Assembly (NCBI GenBank): GCA_028023455.1
Contig: JAQFVV010000007.1
Coordinates: 12,152,001 to 12,216,000, forward strand
From: Epiperipatus broadwayi
Lineage: Eukaryota; Animalia; Onychophora
DNA: 64,000 nt
Reading direction: 5' to 3'
Position 1 is the stretch's first letter; each line of letters opens with the position of its first letter. The position numbers and the translations under genes are program-made. Positions 25,768 through 38,404 of the stretch are shown here, piece after piece. Under the pieces are notes generated by a model that searched no databases, was not told the origin of the DNA, and saw only the letters and a list, made by a program, of their open reading frames with translations.

Positions 25768-25825
25768 ATATAATTTTATTTCTATTTTTTATTATACATA
25801 TATAACATAGAAATTGATATAAGAT

Positions 25826-25987
25826 TCCAATACTAACCAAACAATAACATTTTATTAAAATTCTTCCACATCCATGGTTTCATCTATGAGCAAATAGATC
25901 TTTTCAAGTTTGAAAGGTCTATTTGTTAATAGATGAAACCATGGTTATAAAAGAATTTGAGTAAAAAAAAATTTTGTTTAGTATTAT
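25826..25987. mobile_element. Head-to-head palindrome of HHR-like family F
   Basis: Right arm (+): TTGAAAG-gtcta-tttgttaa-tagat-GAAA-ccatgg-TT. Left arm (-): TTGAAAA-gatcta-tttgctca-tagat-GAAA-ccatgg-AT-gtggaag. Confidence 0.65.
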
Positions 25988-28799
25988 AATGTTATATAAA
26001 CTTGAAGAATAATTTACCAGTATAGCGTTACACATTATTTAATATATACATGTAATGATTGCTATTTGTCCCTGAATTGTGATCTAAAAAGGTATCACTG
26101 ATCTTGAAATTAATGTTACCTATATTAAATAATGTAAAGTATAGAACAATTAAAAATCTCTGAGTGTTTATAAGAACTCTCACAAATGCTTGGGGTCTAA
26201 GAACATTAACTTTCTAATCAGTGATATCTTAAGCTCATTTGTCTTAGATTTCCTTTATGATACTGACAACAACAGATTTTGTTTGATTGTGTAAATATAT
26301 TGTTTCCAGTTTTTATCCTTCACTGAAAGCAAAACTTGTAAAGAAAGTTTACACATAACCATATGAGACTGATTATAAGGTAAAGTTTCTTAAGCACCAT
26401 TATACTACACTACTGATATATTGCACAGAAAATGATCAATAAAATATGATTTTGTGTTTGGGATTAAACATAAATATTTGGTATTGGATAAAAATGTATT
26501 TATATTATTATTCAGCTGCTGCACAGAAGCAGAGAATCTGATGCTTTGAAATGAAAACATGGTTTAAACGTTAATGTAGTCTTTGAAATATTTTATAGGT
26601 AGCATTGGGAAGCAACAACATATAAGATAACATCAAATATATGTCCAAATATCACATTAGATTATAAGAAAAACCCATGCATTTTATTTTATTGGTTTCT
26701 AGATTTACAATATACTGATGATTGTACCATTCTTCCTAATTCAAACAATAATATAAAAATGTTTTTAAATATTTTAAATGTTATATAAATAATTTGCTTT
26801 ATTGGTTTAATATTAAAAATTTCAAATGGTCTATTAGCTAATGATGAAAAAATGTTCTGCAATTTATTGTCTAACAATCAGATCAAAAATGAGTATCAGT
26901 TTAAATATTTTATCTTATTGTATTTTTAAATGGAAAAGCAACATTTGTGGTGCAACTAATATTTTGGTCTTTGAGTGTACTTATGTATTGTCTGTTGAAC
27001 AACCCTTGTAAATAATCATATTACATCAACTTCTTATATAGTCTGTTGTGTAACAGTAGCATAATTTATACTTTGCCATAATTTAACAGTGGATACATCA
27101 GTGTTCTCCTAAAGTAATTTTATTTTTCTATATAAAATGGTTAATGGTATTTAAATAGTGCTACAAAAAAGATGACAGTTGGAATTCACGATCTTAATAT
27201 TATTTCTACTAATATTAAATCTATGTCTTTTAGCTCATATCACATTCTCTTTTAAGTTTAAAAAAAAACATGTTTGGCTATTTAAAGGTATTGTGTAATA
27301 ATGCAGTTAAACGGTTTCTAATATTATTAGGAATGAGGAATCTCAAAAATAAAATAATAGCAAATTGAAGCTTACTTTCTGGTCTTTTAATATAGATTTT
27401 TGAAACCATCTTCTAATTCAATTATTCTTCCATTATTATCTAAAATTAACTTTATTAAGATTAATTACACTGATTTTGATTAATCCCCAATAAATTATTG
27501 AAACGTTTATATCAAGAAAAGTTCATACATTCCATGTATCTTATTTTCTACCAGTACATTACAGAATATTTTAAAACTCTGCTTTTAATTGACTTTATTA
27601 TTTCTTTAGATTGAATCATCTCATAGTCATTTAATTTATCTTAACTTTTTATTTCTGGTCACATTTGCTAATTGTATTAAGCCTCATATGGCATTTGAAC
27701 AATCCATATGCTGTTATTTGCATTGCAATTTTGTTGTAAATACTTAATTTTATACGACTTTTTTTAACTATTTGTTTTATTAAACAGTGGTAGGACTTAT
27801 TACTAAAATATAAAGCTTGTATTCAAAATTTAAATTGCAGAACTCAGTTTGCAGAAATTGATAATACTTATTCACATTTTGTATTTATATATTAGACTAT
27901 TTCCATGATCTAGTATTGAGTATTGAATGTCTTTAGAAAATTTTAACTTTGTTTAAATTCTCAAAGTACATTCAATTGTTAGTAATAGCACATAGTTGAA
28001 TTAACTTTGAAATTTAAATAAAATTAAATTTTTCTAAAGATCTTCAATACCCATTACTAGATAGTGGAAATAACCAAATATATAAAGACAACCAAAATAG
28101 CATCATTATAAATCTTCAGGAAAACATTATTCACATTTTATATGTTGAACAAAAATGTTTGTCAAGATTTTGTCCTAGGTTTGTTTTCAAAAATTTGAAA
28201 AGTGCTTTTATTAGGTAAATATAAAATACATTAATTTTTTTAATTATATGATGCTTTTAGAAAGCTTTAAATTTATGGCAATGGTTAAATATATATATAT
28301 ATTATTCACATTTTTTTTATTTCCTTAAATAAATTCATAACGTTTACATATTCTTCAGTCTTATTAGGTGAAAAGAAAATTCTAATAATAAATTTATTTA
28401 AAAAATAATTATATTTTGAATAAAAAATATATTAAAATTGAAATCCATGTATACAAAAATTACATTTTGAAAATTTAATGTTGACTTAATTACAGTAAAA
28501 TGTTATGAAATATCAATTTAATCATAGAGACAGAAATCCCCCTCCAGTCATGTGCCATTTATAAATGTATATTAAAAATCTTCATGCATTCACCCATCAG
28601 TAATAGAGGCATAGGTGAATTCACTTATGCTTAAAGTATATTCTTATATAAGCCAACCAATTCTGACTGTGCTGAACTTAGGATATGAATCTATTATATG
28701 CCAGGTGTTCAAATTGACAATTATCTTGTGCAAATTTAGATATTCTATCACTGGTGAGAGACAGAATCTGTAATTAAACATATATTAATTATGAATAAA

Positions 28800-28990
28800 T
28801 GTAAATCTATTATTATTAAGTGCTGAAATAATTGTAATCATATATATATAAAGAGATCATGTCTGGTGTTTGATTTCCTAGACATGATCTCTTTATATAT
28901 ATATATATATAAAGAGATCATGTCTGGTGTTTGATTTCCTTCTGTACAATTACAATTATTTCAGTGCTTAATAATACTAGATTTAGATTT
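28800..28990. repeat. Nested inverted repeat with a perfect template-switch duplication around (TA)n
   Basis: Outer arms aaatctattattattaagtgctgaaataattgtaat and attacaattatttcagtgcttaataatactagattt. Inside, the pattern is X-Y-revcomp(X)-(TA)n-X-Y with X=aaagagatcatgtct. Confidence 0.85.
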
Positions 28991-29999
28991 ATAGGAATAA
29001 TACATTTATAATATTACAAGCTGAGAATGACATATATTTACCTTGGGAAAAATAAGACATCAATTTAATGTAGAGTTTGAAGATATTCAGTTCAATAAAA
29101 TTTCATTCTCATATTTAACATTGTAGTAATCTGTTTCCTATATAATATTTTAGACTTTGAATTAAAGCATTGATTTTTGTTTAGTTAAAATTCTAGATGA
29201 GACAATGTAAGAATTAAAGCATTATAGAATAATGACATTATAAATGTAAGAATTCAGATTCTATCATATTTTATGCTCAATCTGAAAAGCATAGTGACCT
29301 AACTATATTGCGCAAGATATGTCAGTTTGATAAGCTTTTACTTTTTTGTGATTGTGGACCATCCATATATAAATATGTCTAAACAACCACTATTTTTTAG
29401 AACATTTTATGCATATCTACTTTCAATGTGAGTCTCAATTTGTAGAACTTGTTCTGTATTGTTCGTTCTCACCATCTGAAGAGTTTGTAAAGAAAGATTT
29501 GAAACAAAACTGTCAGTGTATGCAATTATAATCCATTTTTATAGTAAATGCAGAGAGACAGAGAATTCATGCATTTTATGCTGAAAGACACTAAGAAAAA
29601 GTGTGGAAAAAGTGAAAACAACATAAGAGAAAGTGTTTAGTGTGAAGATAAAATAAACTGTATCAGAAAAAGTATCCAATATTGAAAAAAAAAAGATTTT
29701 CTTTGATGTCATGTTAGATGGGTGAGATTACTTATGGGTTATTTACAATTTCACACATGTTTATGTGTGAGTTTTGGTTTTGTTTTTACTAAAAATATAA
29801 AATAGAGGAAATGAATAAAAAAATATATTTATGCAATCTATGACATTTTAATTTCATTATTTTTATTTATTAGTATTATTATACATTAAACCATTGGTCG
29901 TATTTTAGAGTTTATTTTTTGGCTTGTCTAGTTGAGTTGTGAATTTGGAGTAGTTTTGATTATATATATGCTTTAAATAAAACATAGCTCAATGTATAT

Positions 30000-30220
30000 A
30001 AATGACCCTCACCGAATACTACAACTTAAGAATACTCTAAATGTTGAATAAAGGAATCAAGAATAAAAAATAATTCACCAGTTCTTAGTAGCTCTGATGT
30101 TGACAAAGGTATGCTTATGAACATCAGAGCTACCAAGAATCGATGGATTCATTCTATTCTTGATTTCTTTGTTCAACATTTAGGGTGCTCTTAAGTCATA
30201 ATATGGTTGAGGGTGATTTA
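30000..30220. repeat. ~220-bp fold-back (MITE-like) element
   Basis: Arms of ~100 bp pair imperfectly throughout, e.g. taaatgttgaa/ttcaacattta and tagctctgatgtt/aacatcagagcta. Confidence 0.85.
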
Positions 30221-31619
30221 CTTCCTTTGTTTACATAGATTTACATATATAATTAAATATCACATAAACACTTGACAATATTACTATTATTAATTTTTAA
30301 ATTTTTCTCTCTAGAAATTTTCATGATGATTCAGAGGTAATCTTTGACAAAAACAACCATTATCTCTGTTAGCATTGACTTGCAAACTAGTTGAGATCCC
30401 ACGGAACACAGCTATGGTTCAGAGAGTTAATCTAGTTTCCAGATAACTAAGACATTATTTATACAATAATTGAAAAAAAAAAAACACCTACAGATTTTCT
30501 TTGAACTACGATATACATTATATAAAATAACACTAACAATAAAAGTAAGACTATGTGTGTACCTTAAACTAAACTGTAAATATATTTAAATGGAAATATT
30601 TTTTCTTTCTTAATTTTTTATTATTAAAAGATAATGAATTTTCGAAGTTCAAAACTTAAGCAAATATTTTAAACCAATAAACTTTCTTTCTCATTCTTTA
30701 AAACACACACAAAGATTTTTATTGATTTTCACACTAAATTAAAGATTGAACCAGGTGAATTAGTAAGTATTACAAACTTCATTCTTGACAAAGAGATTGC
30801 TCATTGGTTGGCTGTGCCCAGTGCCAAGGTCAGACAAAGTCTTAAAAGATCAATAATAGGATTTCCTAAACTGCTGGCTGACCAAGCAAATTGACTTAAC
30901 TAGAAGAGGATATGGCCATCTTTCTGAGGCTCTGCAGACATTCATTAATGGCTTTTTAAGAAGTATTCATCATCATGGTAAAAGTAAACAAGACACTATC
31001 TAAGGAATCAGTCTCAAACACGAAAAATATAATGATGTGCATTAATCCGATCATTCTTTAATGAAACACTAAGCCCCCCCCCCCCATCCAGCCTCAATCT
31101 ATTGATTAGCTTTGCATTCATGAACAAATTTTAAATCTTTAAAAGTTTTTACTGCTGAAATAAATTTAAAAGACAAAGAAAGATAAACATAAACTTTTAA
31201 ATTGTTTAGGTAAAATAAAAAAAAGGATAGTTTATTTTTTCGTTTGCTTTCAAAATATAATTATTTATAATATCTAACGTATGGTTTGAAAACAAATGGT
31301 CACATAAACAAATACGTATAATCAGAAACTGAGACTGTCAATTTCATGTGTGTATATAGAAAACAATTACTTCTATAGACAAAATTAGACATTGTGAAGG
31401 GTTAAAAATTTATTTATTACCAATCCTATGGAAAGAAATGTGGTGCTCGGTACCGAAAATCCTTTACGCTCAACTAAAAACTGGAAGCTTTATTTATTTT
31501 AAACATAGGTACGTCATAAAGCATATATATATATATGCAAATTTCTTACATATAATTTAACAAAGTTATCTTATAAGTATTATATAATAATGATAACAGT
31601 TATTTTATTTATTTTTGGT

Positions 31620-31950
31620 TGCCATCTTGCAGACAAAGACTCCGTGTAGATGCATAAATGTCTGGAAGTTGGTAGTTTTTGATCCCTAATTTAAACATTG
31701 ACTTTTTGGTGTAGTGGTAGTGTTTACATTGGATCATAAGGTCTTCAATAGGATTCCAGGTCTGGTAACATATAGCATTCAATTTTGCAGACAAAGAAAA
31801 AGAGTCTGTCTAGATGTGTAAATGTTTGAAAGGTAGTGTTTGATCCCTAATTTAAGCACTGATTTTATTAAAAAAAAAAAAGTGGTCTGTAAACTGTTTA
31901 CACTATGATTCATAAAGTCCTCATATGGATTCCAGTTCTGACAATTTCCA
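31620..31950. repeat. Diverged tandem duplication, ~160-170-bp period, two copies
   Basis: tgcagacaaaga...tagatg...tttgatccctaattta...gtttaca...ggattccag occurs twice. Confidence 0.8.
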
Positions 31951-33589
31951 CCACTCAACTTCCTAGAGATTCCCAATCAACAAAATCATATTATTACTAT
32001 TGAAGAGAAATGACAGTAGTTTAGGATAAGAGGCATTAAAAGAGAAATGGCACCTAAGATATAGCAGAGTAAATATGGTAAATGTTGTGATTTTAGAGAT
32101 TCTTTTTGAATGTTAACTGTTTAAAGATATTGCCTTCTGTGATTGAATGACATAATATAATAGTGACCTCTGGAGTTCAAGACTCATAGATCATGACCCA
32201 GCTTTGTCATTTTCACTGCTTGAAATTTATATGATCTCATGAGCAGTTACCCATTCAATTACTATTATTATTTAAGGATGGTACATTAGAATATGTAATA
32301 CTGACTAGTTTTCCCATTGTTTTGTAAATTCCTACATTGAAATAATTTGTTTCCTTGACCTAGACCAGGAACTACACTTACCCAATTACAGATTCTTTAA
32401 TATGAAAAATATCAAATAGATAAAAAAAATACTTCAAGTACATACATTTTATTTTCATATGATTTTCACCACCAAATATACATAAATGTGTTATTTTGTG
32501 GGAAGAATCTTACAATAGCATACCCTCCTGCTATCCCTACAAATTTGATTCAAATTTAAGTCAGATATACTTAAAAATATTTTTAGGTTCTACCCAGGTG
32601 TGATATCTTTTGTTGGAGATTGATGGTTCATGACAAACCTAATATCATGTTTCATGGATATTTAGCTCTAGGGGATAGATCAAAGACAGAAATCACTCAA
32701 ACACTTTTTTCCCTGTTTATCTAGAGGAAGCTAATGGAGGAACTTTTCTTTCAAATATTACTGTTCAAAGGCTTTGCTTACTTATCTGTGTATATGTTGT
32801 GTACAGAGGTCTGTGCCTGAGGATCATTAATTATATTTTTTGAATTAAATCTACTTAGAATGAAAAAATAAAAAATCAAATATTGTCACTGATTTTACAT
32901 TATAGCCATTACCTATCAACTATGGTGAAATTGAACTAATTCAGTCCACAGATTTAGTAGAACCAAATTAAACAGATAGAAAATAATTTGCAAAGTTAAA
33001 TTCATCTAACTGTTTAATATATTTTTTGTATTAAAAGGAATTGCTAATTTATTTGTTTTGTGGGTTCATTGAATCTGTCAGATATCAGTTTAGAAGCAAT
33101 AATATTCTAAGCCATTCATGTATTTATATCTACCTATTCATCTTTCTACTTATCTAACAACTGCCCTGTTATCTATCAATCCATTTACCTAACTATCTAT
33201 CCATTTATCTTTCTTTATATGTAACAATTAAAATTCATTTTACAAGTGTGACACTATTTGGATGCACTCACATTGATGGCATAATCTAATAAAATCATTA
33301 GAGTTTATTTATTAATAATTTATTACACTATAAATTATAATTTAACTAAACATCCTTTTGCAGTATTTTTTAATTATTACAAATAGGTACTTTTCTTTTA
33401 TTCATCCTTATGATCTTCATTACCCATTGAATTTCTTCACTGTATTTGAATGATACTTCTGTCACTTTCAGCTTTTTTTGCAATTTTTTTTGTTGGTTTT
33501 ACATTCTTTTAATGACAGAAACTGAAACAAAAACTTATATGGATTAATTAGTTTTTAAAAAAAAATTTAGGTGTCACTGGCATACATAT

Positions 33590-34335
33590 ATCAGTCTGCA
33601 ATTTGTATAAGAAAGGCATGAAAATCATTAGGCATCTGTTAATTGAATGTAAATGTTTGAAAGCAGAAAGGATACAAATAATGAAGTTATGTAAATATAA
33701 ACAAAGTGATTATACAGGAAGTGTGTTATTGGTTTTATGCTGGGTTTGGGAAAAGATAAGGGGAGTTAGATTTAAAGGCCATGGAGTTGACAAAGTTTAT
33801 GTTGTGGAAATAAGATGTAGAAGGATATGGGAAAACTTAGGGTGGGTAATGGAAAGGGAAGGTAAAATGGCTAACAGATTTCTCTGGGCACAGTTGCTGA
33901 GAGATTCCTGACTCCATATAGGGAGAAGTCACAGTGGATCACATCGTATCACAAAGAAATATACACATAAATGGAAAATGTCTATGATTTAGTCTGCAAG
34001 TTGTGTAAGGAAGGCTTAAAAAATATTAGGCATCTGTTAATTAAATGTAAATGCCTGAAAGCAGAAAGGGTACAAATAATGATGTTGTGGAAGAATAATG
34101 ATAAACAAAGTGATTAAGTTTTTATGCAGAATTTGTGAAAAGATATGAGGGATTTAGATATAAAGGCTATGTTGTGGAAATGGGGTGGAGCAAAATATAG
34201 AAGAATATGGGAAAACATAGACTGGGGAATGGAAAAAGAAGTTAAAATGGCTAACATATTTCTCTGGGCATAGATGCTGAGAGATTCCTGACTCCATATA
34301 AGGAGAAGTCGCAATACATCATGTCACATCACATC
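33590..34335 (+). mobile_element. Two tandem 5'-truncated copies of the L2/Daphne-like LINE 3' end
   Basis: 33590-33950 and 33955-34335 both align to 10540-10950, including the C..C...RHLL..C finger and the gagagattcctgactccatata...catcac end. Confidence 0.85.
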
Positions 34336-37300
34336 AATTTAAAAATTCTAACAATACCATGGATTGTTAGCATCATGATAGAAAGGATGTTATAGTGCCA
34401 TTGATTGGTAGATTCTTTCTATTCAGCTTTGTGAGCAATGGTAAAACTATCTGCAATCTTTTTTCCTTTGAAAATAAAAAAAAAAATGTATATTTTTCAT
34501 CATTTATTTGCCTATTTATGATTATTTATGCAACATATTTGTAAAATACTTATTTAAAATCCAAAAAATTCATGATTACAATTAGTTATTTGAGAAGGTT
34601 TATTTCTAAGAAGAATTAAGACAAATGAAACTATAATTACAATGAAGTGAAAATTCAGCTTCACTGCAAAGTTATTAAACACTAGTGTAAAACATTTCCT
34701 GATATTTTAATAAATATGGGTGTAATTTGAAATATAACAAAATTTTATTGCTTTATGACATCTGAATAATAATTTATTCAGATGTTAAAAACTGAGTTTA
34801 AATAAAAAAATATTTTATATAATATTTTTTTAAAGTCAACAATACAGCAATATTATAATAAGGAAAAGAAAATATTGCTATCATCGTATATTTCATTTTA
34901 GTAGCCCCCCCCCCATATAAGCAAAATTGGACTATTATCTTATAGAATGTTTTTCATTTATAAAATTATATTTGTAATAAATAATGTAATGATTAGCAAA
35001 ATATGATACAAAATAAAGGTTTAATTGTAAAAATAAAATGTCTTAATATATCGGAAACTTCCACTAAGGGATTGACAATAGGGAACTAGGCAGTGAATTA
35101 ATTAAAAAGTTCTGAGGTGAAAATGTTTTAAAAGAATTTAAAATTATAAAAAAAAATAACATTGGTGCACCAGGTGATCTGCGCTGTTCATTTTTATGTT
35201 TTTCCTGTGTGATTGTATTTTTCACTTTGATTTTTTTTAAAAATTGAATTAATGGCCAGATTATCTATATGAAAGCATTATCCTTAGCTCAAATTGAGAA
35301 CTGATCTGGCAATTGTGATAGAAAAATAATGGTTACATTTATATTTGTGTCTTGCAGATAATATTACTATTTATACTCCAATTGTTTTTTAATAATAAAT
35401 AAAATTTTAAAGTAAAGTGGATTTTCTGCTTTAAATTGTCTTAATGTTGTCTATCTTGCAGTTGGTATAGCATCCATTTTGGGATTGGGAAGGTCCAGGA
35501 TCAATTCTGAAGCTCACAGTTCTGATACTTGAATTTCTTATAAACTTCTGAAAAATAAAGGCATTAGTATTTTTTAAAGCATACTATTTCCATTTTTTCA
35601 ATTTTAAATATCTTCATATTTATTTCAGAGAACATGCCTAAAGATTATTGGAGAAACAATTGTAAATTAGAATATAGATTATTAGCCCAGGTATAAACTT
35701 TAAGCTTAGTTAAAAATTAATATATCACTTACTAGATCCAAGCATAAAAAATATTCACTTAACCTTTATCACTTTTTCAAGATTATGTGTAATACATTCT
35801 GTATATAAATTCAACCTACTCCTAATAAAAAAGGCAAACAATTACCATAATGCATTTCTGTAGAACTTCATCTACTGGGCTAGCTCTTTGTTCACACATC
35901 TTCATTATTATGATGACAAGTGTGGGCAGAATTCTGGGTCAACAGATAATGTCAGGTTCTTCCAAAATGCATCTTAGCAATCATTTGCTTTTTGCATATG
36001 TTATTCTCTATATTTAAGACTCAGTTGAATTTAAAAGTTTTGTATTGACTATATATGTGATATATGTAAATAGAGTATTTTGGGGATCAAACCATGTATT
36101 ATTTAGTATTAATTCTTTATGTCCTGGAAAAATAGCATCTGTCCATTGTGAAACTAAAGAAAATAAACATTCAACTACTTGAAGCTCAATCCCATTCTTT
36201 ACTTCATACTCATTCTTGTTACTACTTGAGATCTAACAGTTTTTCTTTAAAAACTCAATCTTGACAATGCTATTTCATTAAAACATTGGGAATTAATACA
36301 AATAATACACTGTTACTTTATTTACATCATATAACCATGAAAACTTTAAATAATATATATAATTTTCAATCATTATTGATCTACTGCAGAATGATAGACT
36401 CTCCAAATTCAATATATACATATATAATAAAATGTCTTAATAAAATATTAATTATAATGAAAATTTTAATACAAATAATGAATTATAATGATAAAAGTAT
36501 ATTTTATAAATAACTATAATAAACAATAGAATACTGTCAGTTAATTTGATATCTTCATAACTATAAACCATTTAAATTCAAATTAAGCAGAAGTAAATGT
36601 CATTACATCATATCTCAAGATTCATGAATTTTAATGCTAGCACATTATCTATTAATTAATGATATGTTACTTCTCTTTATCAAAAGTGTCTTCTTAATTT
36701 TTTATCTCATGGTTTTTCTCCTTATTGAAACAGTAAGGTCTGCTTTGCAGATCTTCATTTCACCTTTTCTCACCTATTTCCTACCCTCATACCTTAGTTT
36801 GAACCCCAATCTATCGTAGTGTGTCTGCAATATGCTTATATACCGAAAATCATGCCTAATTTTAAACCACGAGCACAGGGCTCGTATTATATATAGAACT
36901 CATTCCCAAATAAATAAAAGATTATGGATTGTGGATATGTTCACATAATTTTGATTTATTAAAAAGTAGGTTATATAAGTCGTAATTGCGCACACACTAT
37001 GATATGCATTTTAAAACATATCAAAATTATAAATTGTTAAAGTTATTTTGTTTGAATCTATTTACAAATATATATTACCGTCGTAACATATTTTGATTTA
37101 AAATAAAATTCATTAGTAAATATTCATTTAGTAAATAGATTCAAATATTGCAATTTAAAAGTAAAATAATTTTCGTTTAATTTAATAAAAGTCATTCCAA
37201 ATATTTCTGTTAAAATAAATGAGGGACAATAGTTTAATTAGTTAATATTATATAAGTTTATCTAAAAACAGCAGATATCCACTTAAGGTTTTCTTTAATT

Positions 37301-37372
37301 AATAAAAGTAATTTTTAATTAAATCTAGTTTGTAATTCGAATGTCGACAGGGAAATAAACAAAAGAAATTAA

Positions 37373-38404
37373 TTAATGTTGAATTCCTTTAGACATTCGA
37401 ATAGATTTAATTACAGCTGATAAGTCTGATATATTTTTGTAATGCTCCAGGGCAGTTCTATTGTTCATTTCTACTATAAAAAGGAGGGTTTTCTTTTGTT
37501 CTGGATACTAATGTTTCTAAGAGAAATCATTCTGAGTTCTATTCTAATAATTTGCTAACCTTGACATGACAGAGTAGAGGCATCAAGATGGCTATGTCCC
37601 CTCGGAATAGCTGGCCACTGCTCCAGACCATCGGAAGCTATCACATAAGGAACCCCGGAACTGCTGCTGCTTCCAAAAATATGAACATTTCCAGATTTTG
37701 CTGTTAAATTATATAAAAACCTGCTGACCATCAATCTACCTAAAATGCTTCTCCAGAGGTAACCCTAAATTAACCCAAGAGCTCTTGTGATAACTAACAT
37801 GCTATAATGATTTTAAATTGTTTTCTGATATTTCACATAACTTCATTATGTATTTTTTTAACGTGTTTAAATATACTCAACATTTTGCTCTCTATCGTTG
37901 GGTTAATATTTTCTATTGATTAAGCTTTCTGTTATTTTATTATGATAATGTGTCAGAATCATCTTTGACCGAGTGAATTATTCCCTTTGATGAAAATAAG
38001 ACGCCGCTATGAAGGCATATTTTAAATTTCTAAATAATTTTCCAATTTTATTATCTTGCAAATCACTCGTTCGAGGGCGATTCTTTTCTTTAATATATAA
38101 TATAATCACATAGTTTAAAATCTACATGTTATTGATTTTAATCTAATATGAGAGTATGTGCAAGGTCAATGATTAAATGTGTCCCCTAATGCACGATTGC
38201 GTATATAAATATACTTAATTTTCAAACCCGCAAGCATGCATTTTCCTATTTTAATTACCGTGTTCTACTTTAATTACAAAGTTCATCATTGATGTCGAGA
38301 ATGTGCAGACCCTTTTAAATGAATTTCGGGGAATTTGATTGGGCATTTTTCTTAATCCAACTAAAACCCATTCAGTATGTTTTATATACCCTAGTCTCAT
38401 ATTT
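37373..38404 (-). CDS. Putative spliced host gene, last three exons, product unknown
   Basis: Exons 38404-38259 (146 nt), 37700-37560 (141 nt) and 37473-37373 (101 nt, TAA) have GT-AG introns of 558 and 86 nt with matching phases. They give NMRLGYIKHTEWVLVG...KVEHAKSGNVHIFG...PYVIASDGLEQWPAIPRGHSHLDASTLSCQVEMNNRTALEHY...GIQH*. A possible upstream exon lies at 38613-38552. Confidence 0.5.

Noticed and set aside
30673-30893. Protein-like open patches as exons (also ~19960-20070, ~21251-21390 and ~49487-49570)
   Set aside because: No recognisable homology and no phase-consistent neighbouring exons found; not supportable without RNA data.
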